Notes: generated from the sequence alone by a model not told the origin. Numbered from the stretch's first letter, positions 23,535 to 36,467 are shown. The stretch is 64,000 nucleotides of DNA from Octopus vulgaris (GCA_951406725.2 OX597827.1:39866001-39930000); one strand, 5' to 3'. A program made the numbers and translations.

Positions 23535-26099
23535 TTTTAGATGGATAGGTTGTATTTTCCATCTAATGTGATTCCGCACATCAAGTTTTGTTAGTAACCC
23601 GGTAAAGAAATACATGGTACAAAGGTGATAACTTTAAATACGTTTATTGTGGTCACATGTATATATACATAAGCTGAATGGAAGTGGTTGATGTATAGTT
23701 GTTCATATATCTACATGCATCTGCGTGGGTTGTTTGTTAGCTGTTAACCCTGGTGTTAGAACCAGTGCAGTGTTGGTGCTGTGTAGATGTTGTTGACGAC
23801 GTTGATGAGACATCATGGTGGCGACGAAGATGGAGGTTGCCGTAATGTGATCAGTGGTTAGACCTTAGAAAGTCTAGAACCAACTGACTTTGAGACTAGA
23901 AGGAGGTGAGTTTTATAGCTGACGGGTAGGCTCAAATGCTTGTTTGGAACAGACTGTCTCACGTGACTTATTTGAAGGCTGTGATTGGTTGGGTTGCATA
24001 TTGGCGCGGGATTAGAGTAAGAGAGATTTTGCGCCAATACCAACCAATCAGAGTGGTAGACATAACGGAGTCCAAAAAGCATCCAAAGGTTAGCTGTTAC
24101 CTGCTGCATTTGTAAGTATGTAATATAAGAAAAGAAGCTCACTAGAGTTCGCTATAGATAGCCACCCACCACAAGTCATTTTGTGGGAGACGAAATAGAC
24201 GATAAAGGAAGATATTTCTGTAACGAAGAGATGATAAAGGTCGCGTAACCAGCAAAACTTGATGTGCAAACGTGATGGACCTACGTCCAGCTAAGTGGAA
24301 AGCACGGGAATGTGAAAAATCAAGGTGAGAATGAGCAGTGCCAAGAATTTGCCTGTAAAACAGTGAGTCGTTTACAGAGGCAAAGGCTGTAGGTGCTACA
24401 AAAACGACAGTGACTAACGAGACAAGTCAAGCCATAAAGATGGCGGCAAAAGAAGGAAGTTCCAATATGTAAGACTTGGTGTTGATCAGACATCAAAGGA
24501 AGAAATACATGGAATGCTACGTGATGCAAAGAAAAATGCGTTTATAAGAGGTGGTTTGTACGTCCTACAAACCAGAGAAGAAACGCATGACAAAAACACG
24601 TAAGGAGCTTTTTTCGGGTGAGAAAAGGCCTGATAAAAACATTCTGCCAGAATAAACGTAAAAATGTGTCGGAGTGGATAGCATGAGCAGACAGCATGTA
24701 TGTGTATATGCATGTATGAACGTTGAGAATAAAAAAAAATTAAATATGAACAAGACATTTAACAATCAAAAGAGGAACAAGAAGGAAGAACGTTCAGCAT
24801 AGAAAGGTGTCCATCAAATAGAACAAAGCATATATATACAAAGATACAGAGAGAAAATGTGAATGTGGTGTCTATAGTAGCATAAGTCTATTCTCCGGAG
24901 CAGTCACTTGCGAGGGAAAGATAAGAAATGTAAATATCTGAGACAATTTCTTCGGCTAATGAACCGATCTGCCAGAACATGTCCGTGTTTATGTAGTTGG
25001 TGTTTTGGTGAGTGGAGGTGGTGCTTGTGTGGGTGGCAGTGTTTGTGGAATGATGGTGTCAGCAAGTGGCATAAATGTTTCGGAAAAGGCTTTTTTTTTT
25101 TTATTCTGTCAAAAGAACAGTCTCTTTTTTTTCCATGAATGTCCACAGTGAACAGTTTCAGTGTGCTTCTAAGAAGGCGATAGGGGTCAGTGTAGGGAGG
25201 TATGAGCGGTCCCTTGATGGTATCATTTCTAACAAACACGTGAGTCCAGCTAGAAATATCCGGAGGAACTACAGAAGAAACAGACAGGTCACGAGGAAGC
25301 ATTGGTGACAGGTCAGCAAAGAATGACCTGAGTCGCGTGAGTAAGATGTGGGGTCCGCATTCGGTAAGTCGCCGGGTGTGTAGTGTGTGCTGTGTCATGT
25401 CGCTATTTTAGTTGGTTTAGTGGTCTGGAACGTCGTGGACATCATTATAGAAAGATAAATGTCCATGCTTTGGCAGCATCGGCATTTTAAAAGGATAGAT
25501 TTTTCACGTCGGAGTTACCATTGGATAAGTTGGATAAGTCCACATTACGTCGGGTCACTACTTTGGATGGATATTTGTTCATTATCACGTCGAGGTTACC
25601 TCTTTAGATGGATAGGTTGTATTTTCCATCTAATGTGATTCCGCACATCAAGTTTTGCTCGTAACCCGGTACAGAAATACATGGTACAAAGGTGATAATT
25701 TTAAATACATTGTATATATACACAAGCTGAATGGAAATGGTTGATGTATAGTTGTTCATATATCTACATGCATCTGCGTGGGTTGTTTGTTAGCTGTTAA
25801 CCCTGGTATTAGAACCAATGCAGTGTTGGTGCTGTGTAGATGTTGTTGACGACGTTGATGAGACATCATGGTGGCGACGAAATTGGAGATCGCTGTAATG
25901 TGGTCAGTGGCTAGACCTTAAAAAGTCTAGAACCAACTGACTTTGAGACTAGAAGGAGGTGAGTTTTATAGCTGACGGGTAGGCTCGAATGCTTGTTTGG
26001 AACAGACTGTCTCACGTGGCTTATTTGAAGGCTACGATTGATTGGGTTGCATATTGGCGAGCAATAGAGTAAGAGAGATTTTGCACCAATACCAACCAA
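23535..26099 (-). mobile_element. Internally deleted Gypsy LTR retrotransposon
   Basis: Direct repeats about 23535-24047 and 25603-26099; integrase C-terminal GPY/F-type remnant THVFVRNDTIKGPLIPPYTDPYRLL..FTVDIHG..DRIK; tRNA-Trp PBS-like motifs beside the right LTR. Confidence 0.8.
25503..25601 (-). promoter_or_regulatory. Three tandem tRNA-Trp primer-binding-site-like motifs
   Basis: 25503-20, 25544-60 and 25584-601 each resemble ATCACGTCGGGGTCACCA (3' end of tRNA-Trp plus CCA). Confidence 0.7.
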
Positions 26100-27334
26100 G
26101 ACTTAAGACTTAAACACATGCATCCTAATCCTCCAAAGAAGTTTTTCCATGGATTAATATTGAACTCTAAAAGCATAAAGACACTTCAATGTATTGGTAT
26201 ACTTATTTATTAATTTTTGTATAAATTTACTATTTTTTTTGAAAAAACATTGTAAATTTCTATTTTCCCCCCTTTCTCAATTTAAAAAATAATTTTCCCT
26301 TCCAAATCTTGAAAATTTGCTTTGCATTGAGGACCGGTTTGATTTCTTTTTTAATTTTTCATACACCCATTTTTATTAAAATTTACTTTCAATTTAGCAT
26401 TCTTTCCTTATTATTTTTTCCTCTCCTATCATTTCTCCACGTGCGGTTAACACAACCCACTATTTACTGACTTATATATATATAGCATCCATGCCAGTGC
26501 CACATAACATCACCTGTTCTGGTGTCACGTAAAAATTCCAATGCTAGTGCCATATAACAGTGGCTGTACTGGTGCTACATGAAAGGGGGTAGGTACTGGA
26601 AGGATGGGTTGTAGGGATAGCAATTCAGAAATATGAATACATACATGTATTTACCAAATTATCTGTCTCGGTAGCTATTCAAGTTCCTCCCTAGCTCTCA
26701 TCATGTAGTATGAAAAAAATCTATATTAGTCAATTAGTAAAAGTACAGCTAGTACAATAGACATCTTTAGACAAGTTACTTACCAAAGTAATGATAAGAG
26801 AATGAAAAAAATTAATCAACAAGATTGTACACTGGTTGGCTTAGGAAAATATAATGATTGTGTAAGTCAGAGAAACTACTGTCATGACAAGTAACATTTA
26901 AGTTTGTTTCTCTCATCACTACTTCAGCCAGTATCATAACGTCTATGTATCAGTGATGAGGTCAGAACAGGACCAAAATATGTTGGGAGTTATCTCCCAT
27001 ACCAAACAAATCAATGGAAATAATGACTAATGCTGATAATTTTCCTCACCATATACTTATTGTTAGCATTTTAATGCTTCCTGCATTAAATATGCTAACA
27101 TTTACATAATGATTGCTTTTCTTTGGGGTGGCATCTGAATTGTTATTATCTTTCTGTTTGTCTATGCAGTTGCATATTTACCTGTCTACCTGCATACCTG
27201 TTTGCCAGCCTGTTTATGTATGCATGTATGTACATATGTATGTACGTATGTACCTACCTACCTACCTACCTACGTATAGATAGATGATTTAGTAGGTCGG
27301 TAGATTATCTACCTACTAAATCATCTACACAAAG

Positions 27335-27385
<51 letters not shown>

Positions 27386-27693
27386 AAGCTGCAAATATAA
27401 ACTAGAGTGTAAGGAGTGTTGTGATGGTGTGAGTTTGAAATAATTTTATGATGTTTAAAAAAATTATTTTATCACTGAAGAACTTTGTTTGAAGAACGTT
27501 GTTTGAAAAATGTTCATTTTCTATGTTTTTGTTTTTATGTTCGCGTTCCTCATTTTGTCTACGTTTGTTTTTATGCCTTGTACCTATATATGCATGTATA
27601 TATACATATATATGTAGGCATGTACGTATATATGCATATATTTATATATTATTTATATTATTATATGTTCGAACGCCACACATCCTTTCCCAA

Positions 27694-27755
<62 letters not shown>

Positions 27756-27756
27756 G

Positions 27757-27801
<45 letters not shown>

Positions 27802-27857
27802 GTATATATATATATGTATATATATATAAATATATATATGTATATGTGTGTGTGTGT

Positions 27858-28731
27858 AATGTCAGTGTGCATACTCAACAGAGTGTAAGTACCTTGAGAG
27901 AAATGTCGGACCTAAGAAGCATCAGATGTGGTATGCAAGAGAGACGACTGCGCTGGTATGGCTATGTGACGAGAATGGATGTAGATAACTGTGTGAAAAA
28001 GTGTCACACCTTGCGGTTGAGGGAACCTGTGAAAGAGGTAGAATCAGGAATACCTGGGATGACCTTCGAACATTGGGCCTCACCGAGGCAATAACTAGTG
28101 ACTGGGACCTTTGGAAATATGCTGTGCTTGAGAAAACTCGGCAAGCCAAGTGAGACCATAACCTTGTGGCCTATGCCAGGGGTGTAACAAGCCCACTTAT
28201 GCTACCTTTCCTTCATTTGACACTAAACTCTGCTTGCAAAGACCTGTTGAGGCAAGTGAAATCAAAATCGAAATCAAATTCGATGACTGGCATCCGTGCT
28301 AATTGAGCGCTACGAGTACCATCCAAGAGTGATCGTTGCCAGAGCAACAAACTGGCTTCCGTGCCAGTGGCACATAAAAAGCACCATTCAAGCGTGATCA
28401 TTACCTGCATCGCCTGTACTGGTGGCACGTAAAAGAAACATTAGAGCGAGGTTGTTGCCAGGGCCGCTGGATTGGCTCCTGTGCAGGTGGCACATAAAAA
28501 GCATCATTTGAGCATGGCCATTGCCAGTACCGCTTGACTGGCCCTCGGGCCAGTGGCACATAAGAGCACCCACTACACTCTCGGAGTGGTTGGCATTAGG
28601 AAGGGCATCCAGGTGTAGAAACTCTGCCAGATTAGATTGGAGCCTGGTGCAGCCATCTGGTTCGCCAGACCCCATTCAAATCGTCCAACCCATGCCAGCA
28701 TAGAAAGCGGAGGTTAAACGATGATGATGAT
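27858..28731 (+). mobile_element. RTE-clade LINE 3' end with repetitive 3' UTR and (GAT)n tail
   Basis: [31 protein letters not shown]; repeated gtggcacataaaaagc units; ends aaacgatgatgatga. Confidence 0.85.
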
Positions 28732-29232
28732 GTGTATATATGTATATATATATATATATATATATCCTTAAATCCTTATGTCTGTCTCTCTGTAACTCAA
28801 CAAAAGAGATTAATAATACTAGGCTTAAAAATTAATTCAGAGTTAAGATAAGCATAAAAACAAAGCACAAAATAATTATTCTATTACTTCAATTACACAA
28901 AAAAAATAAAAGATGATATAAGATCTTTTTTTTTTTTATCCTTTGAATCAACAGCTGCTTGGGCTCTTACAGCTGAAATGGTGTTGGACAGAAAGAGCCA
29001 ACTTATGGTTGTAACTGTTAATGATTAAAAAAAGCAAATTTTAAAATTATAAGAACTTGTGGCGTGGCTGTGTATCTGAGAAACTCACTTTACAACTATT
29101 TTGGTTTAAAGTTCAATCCCACAACTGCAGTGCCTTGGCCAGGTGTCTTCTAAGGTAGCATTATGCCAACCCATACCCTGTGAGTGAAATATACATCATA
29201 CATATGCATACATCATACATATGTATATTTGC

Positions 29233-29263
<31 letters not shown>

Positions 29264-30407
29264 CGCATGTGAGTGTGTAACACTCTCAACTCCATTGTTG
29301 GTAAATCATTCTGCATTAGTTGCATAATGTAGCAGGTCTTGTTCACTGCTTACCACATACTCTCACGTTTCTTCTTTCTCTGTTGGTGCACTCATGTATG
29401 TTAATCAGGCCACATTCACCATTACACCTCTTCATGCTCAGCATGTGTACGTTCACCTTAAGGTGGAGGGCACCATGTATTGTTATCGTCTTTCAAGTAG
29501 TGCAATCGTGTTGGTCAATCTCTGCTCATGTTCATTTCAGAACGAGTGCACTATAGTGGACTTCAGCATCAGCCCATATGTTGATGGCAGTCACAAGGTT
29601 CCTTGCATTGAGTTTTGACTCCAAGAACAGTTTAAGGTGCTTCAAATATGAAGTGGTGACCTTGTCTTTCATTTTTCTGTGCAAAATATTGTCCAACTCC
29701 AGGATTCCAAAGTACTTGTACCCACCATTATCTGGGTCTCCCATTTACTCTCCATTTGGTAGTTCTATACCCCTATAATCTGCTTTTTTTCCCATGTTTC
29801 AAAATGAGCAAATCACACTTTGAGGAGCCAAATTCCATTCCTATATCCTTGCTGCATATCTGTACAGCCTCAACCAGCTCTCCATTTTAGACTCAGTTTT
29901 TAAGTTTTAAATCATCCATAAAGAGATGGTTGAGATGAGCTCTTGTCTTCCTCAGTTTGTTGTGTGCATTGACTTTGTATGGAACTACAGGAAAGTGGGA
30001 TCAAGGCTATAACAGATAGCAAAGGTGAACAAGAATCTCCCAGGAAGATACCACTTTTTTATTGTTACTTCAGCTAAGTGCTGGTTGTTACAAAAAAGAT
30101 GTTTTTCAACTAAGCATGCAGTACTTGATCAGTGCATGCATATTCTCAACCACTCCACACATGTCAAGTGTTTCTAGAATCTAAAAATGCAGCAACATGT
30201 CATAAGCCTTTTTAAAGTCTATCCAAGCCATGCACAAGTTTTTTTTTTTTTTTGGTATCGCTTGCAGTTCTTCGTTACAACCTTGCATATCACAAAGTGG
30301 ACCTTGGTGTCCTTGGATCCTTTTGGTCATCCGTTTTTGTTCTACTAGGAGTAGATGGTTTCCCACAAAGAACATATATATATATATACATATATATACA
30401 TATATAT

Positions 30408-31463
30408 AAATAAATATAAGAGAGTGGTCACTATATTGATCACTCTAGCACCAGTTAATCCAAAAGGTTTCAACCACGAAAAATACATGTTTCCCATGAA
30501 AGCCAGTACGACTGTTAGTTCACGCGGACAGGGCAAATAAAAAATAACAAAAATACAGATTATTTTGGGACAATTGTTTCACTATTAATGAATTAAATGT
30601 AATATTACTTACAATAATCCATTTGTAGCTCTTCAGCCAAGACTATCTGGATGAAATCCACTCAATCACACGCCAGATTTTACCATAACGATAAATACGC
30701 GTGCGGTTCAATTGATTACATCGGACGTTATAATTCAAATGCCCCAACCAACAGCGCGCCAAACTCACACGGAAAACAAATACAGCATTTAGAAATAAAT
30801 GCAGCATAATTATAATTAATTAATAAGGGTGAGAGAATTAGATACTAATTTAATAGTATATTTATTCCACACCAAGTGGCCTAGTGCTACGAGAAACCTG
30901 GATTATTATAATATTTTATAACATATTATAATATTTTCACAAAATAAATATAAGAGAGTGGTCACTATATTGATCACTCTAGCACCAGTTAATCAAAAGG
31001 TTTCAACCACGAAAAATACATGTTTCCCATGAAAGCCAGTACGACTGTTAGTTCACGCGGACAGGGCAAATAAAAAATAACAAAAATACAGATTATTTTG
31101 GGACAATTGTTTCGCTATTAATGAATTAAATGTAATATTACTTACAATAATCCATTTGTAGCGAAACAATTGTCCCAAAATAATCTGTATTTTTGTTATT
31201 TTTTATTTGCCCTGTCCGTGTGAACTAACAGTCGTACTGGCTTTCATGGGAAACATGTATTTTTCGTGGTTGAAACCTTTTGGATTAACTGGTGCTAGAG
31301 TGATCAATATAGTGACCACTCTCTTATATTTATTTTGTGAAAATATTATAATATGTTATAAAATATTATAATAATCCAGGTTTCTCGTAGCACTAGGCCA
31401 CTTGGTGTGGAATAAATATACTATTAAATTAGTATCTAATTCTCTCACCCTTATTAATTAATT

Positions 31464-31466
<3 letters not shown>
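30408..31466 (-). mobile_element. ORF-less HHR-bearing tandem and fold-back element (retrozyme-like or PLE terminal-repeat multimer)
   Basis: 534-bp period (30408 vs 30942); inverted arms 30811-31117 and 31159-31466 with two differences; flanked by TA-rich microsatellite on both sides. Confidence 0.8.
30565..30640 (-). ncRNA. Type I hammerhead ribozyme, intact core
   Basis: Minus strand: ttgg-CTGAAGA-gcta..41 nt..tagt-GAAAC-AATT-GTC-ccaa; GUC triplet; palindromic ACAATTGT. Confidence 0.82.
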
Positions 31467-31542
<76 letters not shown>

Positions 31543-31543
<1 letters not shown>

Positions 31544-31932
31544 GAGCAAAGCGCACCCCCACGTCCAATGGACGGTGCTGGGTTGTCAAACCTTTAAGAC
31601 AAATTTTCTCAAAACAACTTGTCCGACCGTCCCATTTTGTGGAATTATTTCAAGCCAGCCGGCTTTTATTGCGCAAACTGCATGTGCATTTTTCTCGCGT
31701 ACACGTAGTATCGATCGCAACAGCTGATATACTTGCACGTACAAATGCACGTTCCCACGGCTTTATCGATCGCATTCTCACCTGGAATTGATTTTTGTAA
31801 TTTTTTCAAGACTTTTACACGCCTTGATACCATCGGTATCTACATGTCAAATTTGAGTGCAATCGGATGGAGGATGCCCGAGATCCTAGAAGACACACGC
31901 ACAGACAGACAGAATAGATTTTATATAATAAA
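31543..31932 (-). mobile_element. Non-autonomous Helitron-like element, family H1
   Basis: Matches 48879-49270 and 50080-50463; subterminal hairpin ccgtccattggacg; 3' end CTCG|T. Confidence 0.75.
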
Positions 31933-32638
31933 TATTCTCTGCAAGGATGCCTGTTAACACTTCCCATAAGAGGTTAAGACAAGCAATGGGCAGGTAATTG
32001 CCAACCCCATTGCCCTTTCACTGATCTTTCATCAACAATGTTGTCTTTCCCTCCACAATCCATTCCAGAACAGACCCACTCTGTATGCAACTGTCTAATT
32101 GCAAAGCAATTCATTTGACATTGACCTAAACCACTTAAGCCAGTAGCCTTGGATTATATTAGGTCCTGCTGCTCTGCAGTCTGGCAGTTTTGATACCTGT
32201 ATAATTACATCTTCCATAGTTGTGTGTTGTTGTTGTTGTTTCTATTGTTGTAAAAAGTACAATGAGGAGTTTTCTTTCTTTCATCAATAATGATATTGTA
32301 AACCTTGAAAAACTGGTATAAAAGTGTTCAAGTAAAAACAAATTGTGTGTGAAAATGTATTTTAGTATTGTTAGTAGTCTTTTTATATCCTGGAATACCT
32401 ATATCTATCATTATAGGATTTCACAGAAGTGGTTGCATATCATTCCCGTTATACAAATTACAAACCAGTCAGGTTCAGGTATTACTGTGTGCTTAAGAAT
32501 TTCTTTTTTCAGCCACTTGCTTTCGGGTTCAGTCCCACTGTGTGTTAATATAGTGTCTTCTTCTGTAGTCTCAAATCAATAAAGGCTTTTGAGTGAATTT
32601 GGCAGAGAGAACCTGAAAGAAGCTAATCAGATGTATGT

Positions 32639-32691
<53 letters not shown>

Positions 32692-32726
32692 TATGTATAA
32701 AAATATATATGCATATATATATATGA

Positions 32727-32813
<87 letters not shown>

Positions 32814-32815
32814 CA

Positions 32816-33013
32816 CTAGCAGAAATACCCAGCGTTGCCCAAGTTAAAGAGCATAATGAAATTTAAAAACGTCTTCTAGATTACTCATGTCTTAACTGCT
32901 AGTACCTGAGGTACTAACTTTCTACGTTAATAACTCTCCAATGGAACACAGACGTAAAGTGAAATGTTATAAGAAAGTTTTCAACTCATATATGCATGGA
33001 AAGCGGACGCTAA

Positions 33014-33060
<47 letters not shown>

Positions 33061-34450
33061 ACATAATTCAAATACACATTTTGTGTAGCTTATTTCATGA
33101 CCAAAAAACAGGTTCACATTGTAAACAATGAAAGGCTGATTTTGGTGATCCATTTGATAGAGGTAGAAGAGAGCCAATCCAATGATAAATCTAACCTTGG
33201 ACCTTGAAATTTTGCATGAATCCTGGCTCAGTTAAATCTCTTGTGGCTCCAAATTATGTCATCTGTAGTGCAGCGTTATATTGTCTAATTTTGTTTTGGA
33301 AGTGCTTGGAATCGTGGTCAGTTGATGACAACAGTTGCTTCAATGGCTCTGGGAGTTGGGGATTGCATGGAGTTTAACCTTTCCACCACTGCAGCATAGT
33401 GCAGGTGTCTCACCAGGCCACTTCTTTGCTTTACAATGTATGCACTCAGTTGTCATTGCACCAATGGAAACTCTATTGTCATCTGCATAATGAACTGCTG
33501 GATCATAATTGAAAGCTACTTCATAAAAGTTGCTTCTCTGAGCTGTGCAACTGCTCTTCGTTCTGCAGTGAAGATCGTATTCCTTGTCAGCCATGCATAT
33601 CTCTGTTCATTACTTTGAGATGCTCTGACTTTTGTAGTGCACAGTCTGTTAGTTTCTTAGTATGCTTCCCTTTCTGCAGCTGTCTCTCTTTCCCTGGATA
33701 GAGACATTCATTTGGCTGACCTTGACATTGTAGACAAATTTGACACTTTCCTTCTAGGCATGGCTATATACGTATACAGAAATACATGGGTGCAGAAGAT
33801 AGTAAACAATGGGGTAAAGATAGTAAATAACTGGGTAACAGAAATTATATTTCTTAATACAACAGGCAGAAAGTAAATAAGAAATTTTTATGGAAAATAA
33901 AGAATTGTACAGGTTGAAATAAAATTTGTCACTTAGTGAACCAAAGGGCCAGTATCAAAGGAACCAGAAAAAAGCTGTTAACACAAAACCATTACAAAAG
34001 TAAATAAGAAATTTTTAGGGAAATTAACTAAGAGTATGGATTTAAGTCAAATTTTTGAAGTTACTTCTGTCAGTAAATTATGAACTTTTATCAGTAATTC
34101 TGTCAACAACAAAAAAAAAGCACAATATGTTGCAAAAGTAAATAAAAAATTTGTGGGCAAATTTAACAAAGTGTATGGATTGAAGTGAAAATCATGAAGT
34201 TACTTCTGTCAGCAAATTATGTATGAAATTACTTTCATTAGTAATTGTGAAATTCTTTCTGACAGTAATTCGTCATTGTTGCTTGTAAATAGTGATCGAA
34301 AACTTACAGTGAAAACAATGGCGATTGAACTTAAAGTGAAAACAATAGCATCTGAAAAATGATGGTGAAAACAATAAAGAGTGAATTAGATATAGAGAGA
34401 GGTGGGGAGAGAGAAAAATAGAGCTAGCTAGTTAGACAAATAAGATAGTT

Positions 34451-34490
<40 letters not shown>

Positions 34491-34509
34491 GATATAGACA
34501 GATAGATAC

Positions 34510-34554
<45 letters not shown>

Positions 34555-34700
34555 TAGAGATAGAGATGTATAGAGAGATATGGAGAGATAGAGAGAGATG
34601 GATATAGAAATATAGATAAAGCAATATAGACGTCACTGATGCAAGAAAACCGGAAGTAAATATTTTTTTAAACTTTCAAAGACATGAATCTAATATAAAA
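32816..34700 (-). mobile_element. Helitron derivative with RepHel N-terminal fragment and CTAG 3' end
   Basis: ATG at 33761 (MPRRKVSNLS..); AFNYDP..IGAMTTECIHCKAKKWPGETPALCCSGGKVKL; 3' end ..gcaacgctgggtatttctgCTAG|T at 32816. 5' limit approximate. Confidence 0.75.
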
Positions 34701-34849
34701 GAGCAATATTTCCTTTTTTATGACCAATGTTGTAAGGAAAACGATCAATTTTTGAAAGTTACTTTGCAAAGATTTATCTCACTTCTCCACGTAACCCAGG
34801 AACAGCTGTTTTCTGCCCCAGGGAACCTGTTACTCATTATATGAAATTT

Positions 34850-35473
34850 TTAATTCAAATCCACCGACGTTGTGCAACGGTACATGCCTTATTATCACAA
34901 AATTACTTCCCAATGTCATTGAAGCAACGATTATGACGTTTCTGGTAAAGGTCAAGACGTCTTCATACCGCGAAATCCCCTTGTGTCTTCAGCTGCTCAC
35001 TTACCATTTACATTCTGCAGAGTGCAGTTTCCGATTAGACTCAGTTACGCTATGCCCATTAATAAGTCCCAGGGGCAATCGCTGTCTGTCGTTGGACTTT
35101 AGTTAGCCGAACCATGCTTTTCACATGGTCAACTGTACGTTGGCTGCTCAAGAGAGGGTTGTAGGAACAGTTTACATGCCTTCATCCCCCAGGGGAAAAC
35201 TAAAATTGTTGTTTATAAAGAAGTTTTGCAGACTTGCTGTACTGGCGCCATATTTCAGTCCTACATTATTGCTGTTATAATTTTTGTTGCTTTATTTTTT
35301 TCACTTAATTGTTGTCGTTTATATTACACGTGCGGTTCCCTTTAAGACTTACTTAGGTGTTAGTCTTGCCATAAAGTGTGAAAGGTGTTTAAGGGAGGAG
35401 GTGTTAATCGCTTCATTAGTTTCTGAGCCTTTTCGAACTAAGAAACCCGGGCAACGCCGGGTACGCCTGCTAG
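34850..35473 (+). mobile_element. Helitron 3' fragment: PIF1 helicase C-terminus, hairpin and CTAG
   Basis: NPPTLCNGT..QFPIRLSYAMPINKSQGQSL..CFSHGQLYVGCSR..VVYKEVL; cccgggcaacgccggg hairpin; CTAG|T at 35470-74. Confidence 0.88.
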
Positions 35474-35719
35474 TTCTTTTTATCTTTTTCGTTTTTATAT
35501 ATCTTTTTATTTTATTTATATTTTAATTTATCTATGTATTTATTTATTTTTATAAAAAATTTTTTTTAATTGTAAAAATTTAAAATTTTACACATATATA
35601 TATATATATATATTAATGTGTACATTAATATTTTAATGTACATTTTTTAGGAGAACACTGCTCAACTGGATATATTGGGAAGGTGCTAGAAAAGGTGCAC
35701 TAAAATTTGTCCGTCCTTT

Positions 35720-36367
35720 CTCTTTTCATCCACTTTTCATTGCAAGTCACAATCCGATTGAGAAACGGGTCTTTCTTGTTGCGTAAAAGAAGGGAAGACG
35801 ACACTTCAAAATGGCAATCTTTTTGGTTGTCGTTCAATTCGTGTGACATCCGTTTCTCAAGTATTTTTGTTTTTCCAGTCTCTTTCAAGTGGTTGGAAAT
35901 TGTTGTAATTCAGAAGCAAGCTCTCGAACAGTTGTGCGTGGATTGGCTTCCACTAAGGCTCTTAGTTGATCGTTGTCAACATCCGATGACCAACCACTAC
36001 GCTTATCATCTTCAAGACTCTCGTCACTGCTACGAAATTTCTTGAACTACCAGTGTGGTGTACATTCATTAGTGGTTCCTGGGCCAAACACATCGTTGAT
36101 ATCAAGAGCTGTTTCAGCAGCTTTTCGGCCTAACTTGAACTGGAATAAGAAAATTTGTGCAAATTTGCTTTTTGTCCATGTTGTATTCAACGTTCCGGAA
36201 AAAATGGCCTAATTATTCAAAAAGAAAAAAGTAACACTATTAGATAGAGCGATAAACAGGCTTTAAAATGATCTATAAAGTCAAAGTAATTTAACGAAAA
36301 TTAATTTGAAAATACATAATTTAAAACCAAAATTATAAATTCCACACGAACTTTCTTGACAACCTAA
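35720..36367 (-). mobile_element. 3'-truncated mariner (SETMAR/Hsmar1-like transposase fragment)
   Basis: TIR TTAGGTTGTCAAGAAAGT next to TA; FKLGRKAAETA..EANPRTTVRELA..SHELNDNQK..FLNRIVTCNEKW. Confidence 0.85.
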
Positions 36368-36467
36368 TATATATATATATAAGTATATATAATTTTATAT
36401 AATTATATATATATGGCAAATGAAAGACAGAAGAGGGAATATATGAGAATTTATTATCAATATATAT

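Larger units (their letters stand above)
29290..32150 (-). mobile_element. Decayed R4/Dong-like non-LTR RT fragment, split by the HHR element and a Helitron
   Basis: NYLPIACLNLLWEVLTGILAE near 32000-31936; EQK..NLCMAWIDFKKAYDM; HLFMDDLKL; YKYFGILELDNI..SKLNARNLVTAINIWA. Confidence 0.75.

Noticed and set aside
25503-25601. CRISPR-like repeat-spacer pattern
   Set aside because: Eukaryotic context, only three degenerate repeats, matches the tRNA-Trp 3' end next to an LTR, no cas genes.
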